A DNA stretch of 64,000 nucleotides, from positions 15,949 through 79,948 of the forward strand of contig JBFLZS010000002.1 in NCBI GenBank assembly GCA_040756135.1, in the 5' to 3' direction. The position numbers and the translations under genes are program-made. The stretch is from Nitrospirota bacterium. GTDB taxonomy: Bacteria; Nitrospirota; Thermodesulfovibrionia; Thermodesulfovibrionales; SM23-35. The notes under the pieces are model-generated. The model saw only the letters and a list, made by a program, of their open reading frames with translations. It ran no database searches and was not told the DNA's origin. Each line of letters starts with the position of its first letter. The first letter of the stretch is position 1. Positions 19,307 to 28,872 of the stretch are shown here, one piece after another.

Positions 19307-20056
19307 TTACTGCGGATACATATTTGCAACCTCAACGATCTTCCATTTTCCTCTAATACGGACTATAGCACAACTGATGTCCCATCCTTCCTGGACAAGT
19401 GCAGTGGCCTCTTTTGGCACAGTTATGGGGCCAACAGTGCTCTTGCCGCTATCATTATAAACTTCAAGCCATAATTTCCCGGGCTCAACTTTCTCGATAG
19501 TGTAATGGTCAAAGTCATGGTAATCAGCATCGTCCAATTCATCCGGGTCAAAGTCCACGTGATCTGCAGACTCATAAAGAATATTCCCTGCCTTTTCAGC
19601 CTTGGGAAGGTCTCTGGCTGCAGACACCCCCTCTTCTTCACCCATCGCAGCATCTTCTTCTGAGATATATGCTTTTTCAGCAAGCCATTTTGAGAGCTTC
19701 TTGATTACACTGCCGGCAAGACGCTTGAAATCGCCGCCCGCCATGACTTTGCGTATAAGAAAGTGACTAAGAAACTCTTCGGTGTTTTCAGCAATTTTAT
19801 CCGGACCAAAAAGTTGGCAGAATTCTTTATGTTCTTGACCCTCTGCGTTATAATGCTTTTCAAAAAGGGCAGACTCTGCCTTCGACAGGCTTTGATAGGC
19901 ATAGCCGTTCATACAATCCTTAAACAATTGGATTACGTCTCTATAACCAGATACGGTCTTAGGCTTCAGCTTTAACATCTGCTCAGCCAGAAACTCCTCA
20001 AGCACCTGCTCAATAGTCGGATCGGCAATCTTAGGTAAGTTGATAATCTTTTTCAT
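19307..20056 (-). CDS. Hypothetical protein (intact, 249 aa)
   Basis: It is an uninterrupted ORF. The N-terminus (..EEFLAEQMLKLKPKTVSGYRDVIQLF) weakly recalls integrase SAM-like core-binding domains. It has an acidic linker and a C-terminal beta-rich domain. No confident family assignment. Confidence 0.45.
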   Translation of the reverse strand: MKKIINLPKIADPTIEQVLEEFLAEQMLKLKPKTVSGYRDVIQLFKDCMNGYAYQSLSKAESALFEKHYNAEGQEHKEFCQLFGPDKIAENTEEFLSHFLIRKVMAGGDFKRLAGSVIKKLSKWLAEKAYISEEDAAMGEEEGVSAARDLPKAEKAGNILYESADHVDFDPDELDDADYHDFDHYTIEKVEPGKLWLEVYNDSGKSTVGPITVPKEATALVQEGWDISCAIVRIRGKWKIVEVANMYPQ

Positions 20057-20360
20057 TTATATTTACCTCCGCTTTTCCACGTCTTTTATTGAGAGTAAGG
20101 GCATAAAGCTCGAATGGTACAGACTCAATGCGCCTGTAAAAATATCTTTTGATATCTATAGATTGTTTTGATCCTTTTAATTCAGTTCTTTTTTGTTTCG
20201 GGAATTTATATTGCAAAGTTCGTTTTACAGCCCTGGCTATTTTCTTTCTATTTTCCATGCCCTGCACCAGCATTACAGTAACAGTAAAATACCTCGATGG
20301 CTTCTTTGCAAAGAAATCGAACCCCAAATCTTCGCTTTCATCGAGGTAAAGATAAAGCAT
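20031..20360 (-). pseudogene. DUF3800 N-terminal fragment (109 aa)
   Basis: It begins MLYLYLDESEDLGFDF.. and contains YALTLNKRR. It then terminates, overlapping the next gene by 26 nt. The rest of the domain is absent. Confidence 0.5.
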
Positions 20361-20465
20361 TTATCTCCTATGTTTTATTTAGAATGCTTCTCATAAATAT
20401 CTCTCAAAAACTCATATCCCTTTGAGCCATAGATATTGCATATCCTGTTATTCCATAAAAAAAGA

Positions 20466-20588
20466 TTAAGGTTTTATCTTCCACGCTTTAACCGCTAATT
20501 GAGCATGCTCCTTCTGCCGATTTTCTATTGTTTCTTTTGTCCACTCAGTATGCTTAGATACACTTTGTGTTAACAAAAGATCGGATTT
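20466..20588 (-). pseudogene. C-terminal relic of a GmrSD-type (DUF262-DUF1524) protein
   Basis: Manual translation gives KSDLLLTQSVSKHTEWTKETIENRQKEHAQLAVKAWKIKP*. This is the usual C-terminal tail of DUF1524/GmrSD proteins. It is out of frame and separated from the DUF262 ORF upstream. No HNH/DUF1524 core is present. Confidence 0.5.
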
Positions 20589-20639
20589 TTTATAGTTCTT
20601 TTTCTCTAACTAACCCATGCTTAGAACTCCGGAAATGCC

Positions 20640-21434
20640 TTAGAAACACTGTAAAAGATTTTCGCCTCCATATGTACTTAAAGAAGCCATTGCCATAGTC
20701 CAAAGATTTAGCACTGTCTGAAGGTCTTCTCCTGCTCGACCCAGTAAATAATTTTTTAGAAGATCTGCGATTGAAAGGTCAAGGCCACGATCATTCATAG
20801 TTTCAAAAATAAGAAACGCATTCGCATCATCAGCAACAGTAAAGTAGATTATATAGACAGATTCACTTAAATATTTTGTGAATTCCGCAAGCCAGTTAAT
20901 TTGATCCTTTATTCCCTCCAATTTTTTAGATAGCCAGTTAGATATGGACTGTCGTGCATTCCAAAGGCGAAAGTGGGATTCAGGAGCTCCGCTCTCCGGT
21001 TTCTTTGCTTCTTCTGTCAAGATGGATCGGAAATAAGGATCATCGTTTTGGTTCAGCTTGAGTTGTGGCCGCTCTATACCCTCCGAGATGTCGAATATTG
21101 ATAGGTATTGACTACGTATGGCTTGAGCTCTTTTTCTGTCTGCAATATTGTCAAATTTATCTGCAATTCCTGCAAGCAATAACGAAACTACTGCAAGGCG
21201 TTGTTGGCCATCTAAGACTTTAGGCCGTACCCTATCGGATGCCGCAATTATTACCAGACTGCCTAAGAAGTAGTCCTCCTTATTCCTATTAAAAGCATCT
21301 CCAAGATCATCCAAGAGTTCTACGACCTCTTCAGTCCACTCGAACGGTCTTTGGTGTACAGGAACCTCTAATCTTGTGCTACTTAGAACTGATGCTATCC
21401 CCTTTATTTCAATTGACGTGTTGGGTTTTGGCAT
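20640..21434 (-). CDS. DUF262 (ParB-like nuclease, GmrSD N-terminal) domain protein, probably truncated
   Basis: It has the motifs VPVHQRPFEW and VLDGQQRL. I prefer the start at the ATG at 21434 (MPKPNTS). It ends without a DUF1524 domain. Confidence 0.7.
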   Translation of the reverse strand: MPKPNTSIEIKGIASVLSSTRLEVPVHQRPFEWTEEVVELLDDLGDAFNRNKEDYFLGSLVIIAASDRVRPKVLDGQQRLAVVSLLLAGIADKFDNIADRKRAQAIRSQYLSIFDISEGIERPQLKLNQNDDPYFRSILTEEAKKPESGAPESHFRLWNARQSISNWLSKKLEGIKDQINWLAEFTKYLSESVYIIYFTVADDANAFLIFETMNDRGLDLSIADLLKNYLLGRAGEDLQTVLNLWTMAMASLSTYGGENLLQCF

Positions 21435-22386
21435 ATGTAACCCCCCTTTTTGTAAATTGCATCCCTCATATTTACACACTCCTTGCCTTCTCAAGGCGGT
21501 TCTTGACGAGCTCGCAGACGGTCCAATAGACCTCGTTCCTTTCGTCTTCTGTCAGGCCGAGGATGTCGAAGACAATATCATGAGGGCCTTGCGGTCAGCG
21601 AGAGGATTAGGTTTCTGCTCACGGATTGGACGGGCGGGATTGATGCCACATTCCTCGAAAATAGATTTAAGGTCGCGTTTTTCTAAGAGCAAGTGATTGG
21701 TCTTTACTAAGGAAGGATCGAGCGTCAAAAGATTATTTACCTCATAAACCATTAAACTTTTCGCTCCCTCTCCTAAGCCCCCTCTTGATAATATTTCAGA
21801 TATAAGGCCAAACAATGTGGAATTTAACAGAGTTCTGTAATCTTACATCGCCATTTGCATAATATAGTCTGCAGTCACATAGCATATGATTATCAGACAA
21901 GAAGGTACCGAGCCTGTCGTTAGTTTCTTTTACCCAAAACATATTGCCCTTTAAATCAGGACAATCCCACCACCTTTGTCGTCCTATGCAGGTCGGTCTC
22001 TTATGAAATCCCTGTTTTTCTCCCCATTCAATATACCTCAGTGCATTTGTTCCTTTAATATCCTTCTTTTCGTCATGACACATAAAGATTTTGAATTTCA
22101 GATCTTTTGGTCTTATCCGAATCCCCTTACATTCTCTCGGGCTTTTTATTACAGGTTTTAGAAATTCATCTTCTATTTTCCATTCCTTGATACCTTTGTT
22201 ATCAAGGTAAAAAAAATTCATTTGCGCCTGAAGTAATACCACGCCTTACCTCTGCAATATCCCCAAGTCTGACGAGCTTGCCTTTTCCCTTCTCAAGGAT
22301 CGTAAAGAATATATCCGGCGCTCTAAGGTATTTCCCGCCCCACTTTTGAACATGACAAAGCGGGCTGAGTCTTGAAGGGCAGGCCA

Positions 22387-22422
22387 AATCCCCCCTTACC
22401 CCCTTTGCTAAAGGGGGGATTT
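22387..22422. repeat. 'KGG' palindromic repeat inside the methyltransferase pseudogene
   Basis: The sequence is aatccccccttaccccctttgctaaaggggggattt. It reads as IPPLAKGVRGDL. Confidence 0.75.
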
Positions 22423-23113
22423 TTGAGATATCTCCAAACATCTCAGTCTGTTCTTGCCTTTTTAGCGTTTCAAGAGACTGAATTTCTTTTTGAAGGGTTA
22501 CAATCCTGTCATCCAATATCTCGCCGAATATCCTGATCTCTTCCTGAAGAAGGGACTTGTCGCTTTTGAATTTGGCAGTAGGGTCATTGTTATAGTATTT
22601 CTCTTTCTCTGTCTTAAGGGCTAAAAGTTTTCTTTTAAGAGAAGGAGAAAGCCGACTATCTCTTATATGGAGACTCACTCCGCCAACCTCCTGTACGAGG
22701 GAATCACCTACACGTAACCTTAGGTTAAGGTTGGGAAGGAGGGGAAAGAGTTTTCTTTGTTCGTAAGGGATATCTTCTTCAATGATGAGCTGTAACCAGA
22801 GCCTTAACTCTGCCGAGTGTGTTGCCCAGGGCATGACATCCACACCATAAAGGGAATTTCCTATGATTTTTTTCTTTAGTTCGAACTCTGTCATTTCCCT
22901 CTGGATATGGCGATAGGTGAGCCTATAAAGTTCCACCAGCACACGAAGCATCCCCACAAGGAAAGCACCGCTACCACAAGCTGGATCCACCACTGTAAGG
23001 TTATCAAGAACCTCTTCCAGACGATACCAAAGGTTCTTTTTTGTAATGTAATCCTCAACGTCTTTTTTATCTTCATCAAATAGCAGTCTATATATCCATT
23101 CCTTTGAAAGCTC

Positions 23114-23208
23114 AAATCCCCCCTCGCCCCCCTTTGCTAAAGGGGGGATATCGGGAGGAGACTTTTCTAAAGGGGGAAACACACCCCTATCCCCTCTTGA
23201 TAGAGGGG
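23114..23208. repeat. Composite 'KGG' palindromic repeats inside the methyltransferase pseudogene
   Basis: It spans aaatcccccctcgcccccctttgctaaaggggggatatcggg...cccctatcccctcttgatagagggg. It reads as SPLSRGDRGVFPPLEKSPPDIPPLAKGGEGGFE. Confidence 0.75.
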
Positions 23209-24585
23209 AACTTAAATGGTTGCTGAGGTACTCCGCCAGAGACCTCCTGCACATAAAGTCAACCTCGATTGTCGGAGTATAGAAGATGCCGAGATCCTGC
23301 CTCTCGTATATCTCCTCTGCTACATTGGAGAGGGATTCATAAACATAACCTATCATCTGTGGGTCTACCGCAACCTCAACATCCAAAGGAAGGTCTTCAC
23401 GAATGGTAAAGTTATATTTCTCAAAGAAGTTAAGAACCTTTTCGAAGAGGCTATCGTTTATATGAAACGGTAGTTCGTCCAGTTCGTTTCTCTGAAACAG
23501 GCCGCCGTTAAGGTAGGGGGTTACGGCAAGGATCTTCTTAATATCCTGAGAGTGATAAGGAGGATGACTGTATTTATTATTGAACGCCTCAAGAAAGAGT
23601 ATTCTCAACCAATTTTCATAAAAGGTATTATCTTTGGCATCGCCCTTTCTTTTTTCTTCTTTATATCGTTCCCAGTACCACTTGATAAACTTCGGGGCAT
23701 CATTAAGCCATCTCTTCCTTGCAATAAAGTAAAGGAACATAAGCCTGTTAAGGAATTGCTGGGACAGTTCATGGGCATTCTTGACTGGGATCTTCTGTTT
23801 CTCAAAGGTTCTCCTTAGCTCAAAAAATGCATCTGTATAATCCTCAAAGAACTCATCTGTAACCTTCTCTACACTAAAGGCATCCTTCCACCTCTTCCAG
23901 ATGTCCCGCCAGTTCTCTTCATCTCCAGTAAGGGCAATGTTTGTGATAGTAAGAAGGTCTGTATGATAGGGATGTTCCCTGTCGAAGATAAGCTTTGTCA
24001 GCTTAAGTTTATGCTTGCCCTCTTCAACACGTTCGAATTCAGGGAAGACAAAGGTATATTCCTTGTAATCAGAGGTAAGGAGGAGAAGAAATCGGAGATA
24101 TTTGTCTGAGAAGCGCTTCGTGAGATAGCGGACAAAGGGGATTGAAAGGTTCTTGACTACTATGAGGAATATCTGTAGCTTACCGTCATAATTAAAGACT
24201 GTGTAGATATCTTTAACTTTCTCCTTTTCCTCTTTTGCAAACTCGAATTCTTCAATCTTTCTCTTATAGGACGGATCGAGGATCTTGTCTTTTTGATATC
24301 CAAGCCCACGAAAAAGCTCATAAATCTTTTCAGGAGAATCTGCCTCTGGGATGAAATTTTGAACATATTTTGTTATGTCCATGTCTTACCTTTATCATTT
24401 ATCCAAAAGAAGAAGAATATATCAATATATTTTGATTTAGAACAGATACATTTAAGCAATATTTTGCACGACGGAATTAGTTTACCATCTCAACTGCAGA
24501 ATATCAAAATGAAATAAGTTGAGCAACGCTGGAGGGGGCCCATTAAAATGCCCTTTGTATCAACTTAGTAAATTGTGTAAACTTT

Positions 24586-25470
24586 TTAAGCCCTTGGATG
24601 GTGTTTTGTATAAACCTTTTTTATCCTATCGGTTGTTACCTTTGTATAGATCTGGGTTGTTGAAATATCAGAGTGGCCGAGCATTTTCTGTAATGATCTG
24701 AGATCAGCCCCGCCCTCGAGTAGATGTGTTGCAAAGGAGTGTCTCATTATGTGTGGTGAAAGCTTTATCCCGAGCCTCCTGCTTATGGTCTTTGTCGTCT
24801 GCCAGAAACGCTGCCTTGTCATTGGCCTTCCTCTCCTTGTAACAAAAAGATAAGAAGAACGCCTATTTTTCAGGATCTCCGGCCTTTGCTGGTTTATATA
24901 TCTCTTTATTCTTTCCATCGCTCTCATATTGACAGGTACAACACGTTCCTTTGAACCCTTTCCTAAAACTCTTAAAAAGCCCGACTCTAAATTAATATCA
25001 TCAAGTTTAAGGGATACCATCTCACTGACACGGAGGCCTGAAGAATACAACAGTTCAAACATTACATGGTCTCTTACCATGGTGGGTGTATTCTGGTTAG
25101 AAGATAGGTTTGTTTCGAGTAAAGATCTAACCTCAGAAATGCTGAGTGATTTTGGAAGCCTTTCCCATCTCTTTGGTGCCTGCAGGTTTTCTGAAGGGTC
25201 CTCCTTTATAACATTCTCGACAATAAGATATTTGCATAACCCTTTGATCGAAGATATAAACCTGCATATACTGGATACAGAGTAACCTTCCTCCCTTAGC
25301 CTTTCAATAAAATCAATTATATCAGCCCTCGAGAATGAAACAAAATCCTTCTCCTTTGATAATAAAAAGTTTTGGAATTTATTGAGATCAAGAAAATATG
25401 AATCGACAGTATTCCTTGAGAGCCCCTTTTCTACAGACAGATATGTGAGAAAATCATTCAGTAGTTTCAA
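24586..25470 (-). CDS. xerD: Tyrosine site-specific recombinase, XerD-like
   Basis: 294-aa ORF. The N-terminal SAM-like domain has FLTYLSVEKGLSRNTVDSYFLDL. Catalytic residues include ..HIMRHSFATHLL.. and LGHSDISTTQIYT. Confidence 0.8.
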   Translation of the reverse strand: MKLLNDFLTYLSVEKGLSRNTVDSYFLDLNKFQNFLLSKEKDFVSFSRADIIDFIERLREEGYSVSSICRFISSIKGLCKYLIVENVIKEDPSENLQAPKRWERLPKSLSISEVRSLLETNLSSNQNTPTMVRDHVMFELLYSSGLRVSEMVSLKLDDINLESGFLRVLGKGSKERVVPVNMRAMERIKRYINQQRPEILKNRRSSYLFVTRRGRPMTRQRFWQTTKTISRRLGIKLSPHIMRHSFATHLLEGGADLRSLQKMLGHSDISTTQIYTKVTTDRIKKVYTKHHPRA

Positions 25471-25483
25471 TAAAACCTAAGAT

Positions 25484-25519
25484 AAAGGGAAGGGTTTATA
25501 TTATTAAACCCTTCCCTTT
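25484..25519. terminator. Hairpin downstream of the cytochrome gene (possible bidirectional terminator)
   Basis: The sequence aaagggaagggttt-atattatt-aaacccttcccttt has T-runs on both flanks. Confidence 0.4.
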
Positions 25520-25551
25520 TTTAATCATTACCTCAAGGTAATTTATTGTGT

Positions 25552-26076
25552 TTACTTCTTTTCGTCCATGCTATTGAATATCTTCATTTCCTTCAGTGCA
25601 CTGGGGTCTGCCTTTTTAGGATGACACATTGCACAGAAATTCTGCATCTTTGCACCCTTTGCCGTATCAACCCTAAGATATTTGTAATATAGATCTGATG
25701 GATGAGGGTCATGACAACCAACACACTCTAATTTTCCATCCCTTAAGAAGACTGCAGGTACATTGGCAACCTTTGGATTTGCAGTAACTCCATATGGATG
25801 GCTGTGAGAAGCTGAAATTGCAAGGATTCCGAGACCGCCTTTTTCTACGGTTTCATGGCAGCCAAGACAAAGGGCGGTTGTTCCTGTAAAAGGCTTTTTC
25901 GTCCATGGATTGATTGCCTTTGTGTTTGGTGCAATAGCAAATATTATCTCACCCTTTGCATTGTGAATACCGTGGCAACCAGTACAATTGAGGCCATCAT
26001 GCCCACCTGCTGCAAATGCGATTGTAGGCAGAGCAAGTAAAAGAACCAAGACACCTAAAACCCTAAAAGATACCAT
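25552..26076 (-). CDS. Tetrahaem c-type cytochrome (secreted)
   Basis: It has four CxxCH motifs (CTGCH, CLGCH, CVGCH, CAMCH) and a signal peptide, MVSFRVLGVLVLLLALPTIAFA. The RBS is GGAGGAGG, upstream of the ATG at 26076. Confidence 0.8.
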   Translation of the reverse strand: MVSFRVLGVLVLLLALPTIAFAAGGHDGLNCTGCHGIHNAKGEIIFAIAPNTKAINPWTKKPFTGTTALCLGCHETVEKGGLGILAISASHSHPYGVTANPKVANVPAVFLRDGKLECVGCHDPHPSDLYYKYLRVDTAKGAKMQNFCAMCHPKKADPSALKEMKIFNSMDEKK

Positions 26077-26180
26077 ACTACCTCCTCCTTTCGAAAAATT
26101 TTGTATATTATACACAAAAACTATCTTATAGTCTATAAAATATATAAATCAATTAATAAAAAACTTATATTGACCGTCGG

Positions 26181-26352
26181 ATACATAATACATGATTCAT
26201 GATACACGAAGTTTTTACCCCGTACCACAGAAAGCCACAGGTGTAAACCCATGGATGAATACGTATTTTCTCGCAGGGTAACGCCCCAAAGCCACGGCTA
26301 TAAAGCCGTGGTACGGGGTTTACATGTTATCCTGTATCTTGCATCGTGCATC
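26181..26352. repeat. Intergenic inverted-repeat element
   Basis: accccgtaccac (26217-26228) pairs with gtggtacggggt (26309-26320). There is an inner hairpin, ccacggctataaagccgtgg. The flanks are (c)atgat/gcatc-rich. Confidence 0.4.
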
Positions 26353-26370
26353 TTCATTTTATATTTCAGA

Positions 26371-27087
26371 TTATGGATTATAAATCTTCATCAACTCCTC
26401 TGTATAGCTGCCATTTTCTTTATATATATAAAGTGGCTTATCTACCTTCAATCCTTCTTTTCCCCCTTTAACGGCCTCCATCAAAATCATCTTTGCCTCC
26501 GATGATATAGTTGAATGAACAAATCTCAATCTTTTTGGTTCGAGATCTCTCTTTTTTAAGGTATTCATGAGATATGAAAGTCTACAAGGGTGATAAATCA
26601 TGCAAAACCTGCCTCTTGCCTTTAAAAGATATGATGTAGCATTGATGAGTTCATGAAGCCTTAGCTTTATCTCATGCCTTGCAATGGCCTTTTCCTCCTC
26701 TACATTCATAAGACCACTTTTAAGCCTCCTGAAAGGAGGGTTTGATACAGCGAGGTCAAAATTGTGAGGCGAAAGGCGTAAAGCGTGAAGCGTTTTTATA
26801 TCACATTTTATTACTTTTACTCTGTCTTCAAGACAATTCAATGTAATATTCTCACCTGCAAGTCTAATAAGATTCTCCTGAAGCTCAAAGAGGGTAATAT
26901 TTGCATCAGGATATTTCTTGGCAAGCAAGATTCCTACAATGCCTGATCCTGCACCGAGGTCAGCAATGCTGTTTACCCTTCTAAGGCTCACGAAGTCATA
27001 AAGCAGAAGAGAATCTACAGAAAAACGGTATCCTGTTCTTGACTGGTATAATCTTATGTCCCGGATACTGTCGAGCGTGGTATCCAT
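26371..27087 (-). CDS. tRNA1(Val) (adenine37-N6)-methyltransferase-like (TrmN6/YfiC family)
   Basis: The SAM-binding motif is DLGAGSGIVGILLA. The NPPF motif is VSNPPFRR. Confidence 0.7.
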   Translation of the reverse strand: MDTTLDSIRDIRLYQSRTGYRFSVDSLLLYDFVSLRRVNSIADLGAGSGIVGILLAKKYPDANITLFELQENLIRLAGENITLNCLEDRVKVIKCDIKTLHALRLSPHNFDLAVSNPPFRRLKSGLMNVEEEKAIARHEIKLRLHELINATSYLLKARGRFCMIYHPCRLSYLMNTLKKRDLEPKRLRFVHSTISSEAKMILMEAVKGGKEGLKVDKPLYIYKENGSYTEELMKIYNP

Positions 27088-27132
27088 AGTACATTTATTT
27101 GCTTAGTTTAAAGGAGATTTCAAAGACCTTCA

Positions 27133-28587
27133 TTACAGGATATTTTTCGTTTTAAGAATAGAGATAAATATCTCCACAAGACGGGGATCAAATTGTGTTC
27201 CGGCGCCTTCTTTTAGTTCTTTTACAGCCTGCTCTATGGTGAGTGCCTTTCTGTATGGCCTGTCAGTTGTCATTGCGCCGAATGCATCTGCCACAGCTAT
27301 TATCCTCGCACCGAGGGGGATCTCTTCGCCCCGAAGGCCATCGGGATAACCTGAACCATCAAACCACTCCTGGTGGTATTTTATTATCTTTCTTGCATGT
27401 TTGAGTGGTTCAACTGGCTCAATTATCTTGGCACCGTTTAGAGGATGTCTTTTAATAATATCCATTTCCTCTTTAGAAAGTTTGTCCGGCTTCATAAGGA
27501 TATAGTCAGGTACAGATATCTTTCCGAGATCATGCAGAAGGGCTGCTTTTCTGATGTTTTCGATATCACTATCAGGAAGTCCCAATTTGTTTGCAATTGC
27601 AACAGAATATTCTGCAATATCTTTCATATGCTTGTCAGTATACAAATCCCTTGCCTCGACTACAGACGATAAGGTGACCATTGTGGAGAGATAAGACGCT
27701 TCGAGCTTTTCATAGAGGTGTGCATTCTCTATCGCCGCAGCAGCCTGGCCGCTCAGGACTGAAACAAGTTCTACCTCTGACAGAGTAAATAGATGTCCAC
27801 TGCCTTTATTGCAGATGCTAAGAAGGCCAATAATATTACCCCTGATAGTGAGCGGCACATAAATACCGGAAGAAATACCCTCGTTCTCTAAAGCCTTCTT
27901 AATTTCAGGGGGTAGTTCAACCTGAGGGGCAATAAGAAAAGGCCTTTTATCTTTAAAAATAAGCTCTGCTATGTCCTCACTATATCTATCTTCAAAGTCT
28001 CTTACGAAATCAGGCGACAACCCATGGGATTCCTTCACTTTCAACTTGCCTGTTTCCTCGTCTATCAATGCAAGACATACTTCATCTGCCCGTGTCTCTT
28101 TGACTGCAATGTCTACTATTTGTTTAAGTAGTCTTTTAGTATCAACCTCGCTTAATATCTCTTTGCTGACCTCGAAAAGTGGCATCAAGGCTCGCATTCT
28201 TATATTTTCACTAAGTAATCTCGTTTTTTCTAATGCCTCGGCAACGGCATTCCTGAGCTCTGCCGGGGTAAAGGGCTTTAAGATAAACCCCTGAGCTCCT
28301 AACCTCAAGGAATCTATAGCGATATCAAGTGTACCATGTCCTGTGATAACAATAATTGGTATCTCTTTATTAGTCACCCTAACATGCCTGATAACATCCA
28401 GGCCGTTGATATTCGGCATCTTTATATCGGTTAATAGCAGGTCAAACGTGTCCTTTTCAAGGAGTTTTATGCCTTCTCTTCCGTCCGATGTTGTCTTTAC
28501 TTCATAGTGGCTTTTTGTCAGTATATCCTTGGAAAGCTGGAGTATGAAATTCTCATCATCGATTATAAGGACTTTCTCTTTTTGCAT
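27133..28587 (-). CDS. Response regulator with GAF and HD-GYP domains (putative c-di-GMP phosphodiesterase)
   Basis: It has a REC domain (..DLLLTDIKMP..), a central GAF domain, and HD-GYP signatures (LHDLGK.., HQEWFDGSGYPDGL). Confidence 0.85.
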   Translation of the reverse strand: MQKEKVLIIDDENFILQLSKDILTKSHYEVKTTSDGREGIKLLEKDTFDLLLTDIKMPNINGLDVIRHVRVTNKEIPIIVITGHGTLDIAIDSLRLGAQGFILKPFTPAELRNAVAEALEKTRLLSENIRMRALMPLFEVSKEILSEVDTKRLLKQIVDIAVKETRADEVCLALIDEETGKLKVKESHGLSPDFVRDFEDRYSEDIAELIFKDKRPFLIAPQVELPPEIKKALENEGISSGIYVPLTIRGNIIGLLSICNKGSGHLFTLSEVELVSVLSGQAAAAIENAHLYEKLEASYLSTMVTLSSVVEARDLYTDKHMKDIAEYSVAIANKLGLPDSDIENIRKAALLHDLGKISVPDYILMKPDKLSKEEMDIIKRHPLNGAKIIEPVEPLKHARKIIKYHQEWFDGSGYPDGLRGEEIPLGARIIAVADAFGAMTTDRPYRKALTIEQAVKELKEGAGTQFDPRLVEIFISILKTKNIL

Positions 28588-28684
28588 GTGTCTGGTTCCT
28601 CTTGATTAAGGATTAACCCTTTTATTAAATAATAAAAAATTAGCCTGATTAATGCAATCGAGATAATATCCCGATATATCGTGA

Positions 28685-28818
28685 GAGGCTCTTGCAAAAG
28701 TCATGAAAGCCCCTGTTTTTGTCATTTCGAGTGAAACGAGAAATCTTTTATAATCAACATGTTTCAAGATTCCTCACATTCGTTCGGAATGACGATTTGT
28801 AACTTTTGCAAGAGCCTC
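28685..28818. repeat. MITE-like intergenic element with 17-bp terminal inverted repeats
   Basis: gaggctcttgcaaaagt (28685-28701) is the exact reverse complement of acttttgcaagagcctc (28802-28818). It encloses a gtcatttcgag..ggaatgac unit at 28721-28793. Confidence 0.55.
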
Positions 28819-28872
28819 GGGATTATAAAAATTTATTTGATGATTCCATAGTGTATTCCTGTCCAACAAAGA

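Larger units (their letters stand above)
21472..24382 (-). pseudogene. Eco57I/PglX-like N6-adenine DNA methyltransferase (type IIG/BREX-like), at least 3 frameshifts
   Basis: The 726-aa N-terminal part has VVDPACGSGAFLV (motif I) and the LNGGLF region. The ORF continues in other frames at 21796-22242 (..NEFFYLDNKG..), at 21552-21815 (..LGEGAKSLMVYEVNNLL) and at 21472-21590 (HDIVFDILGLTEDERNEVYWTVCELVKNRLEKARSV*). Two repeat insertions are present. Confidence 0.75.

Noticed and set aside
21472-24382. Methyltransferase as a phase-variable (ON/OFF) gene
   Set aside because: Only one of the three frameshifts lies in a long homopolymer. The other two, near 21805 and 21590, are in non-repetitive sequence, so one slippage event cannot restore the ORF. 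Decay or sequencing error is more parsimonious. I kept the T8 tract as a separate low-interest finding.
24586-25470. XerD-like recombinase as the integrase of the 15.9-24.4 kb island
   Set aside because: Its sequence has the hallmarks of chromosomal XerC/XerD: the N-terminal LSxNTxxSY motif and a size of about 295 aa. I found no flanking direct repeats or att-like sites by eye, so adjacency may be coincidental.
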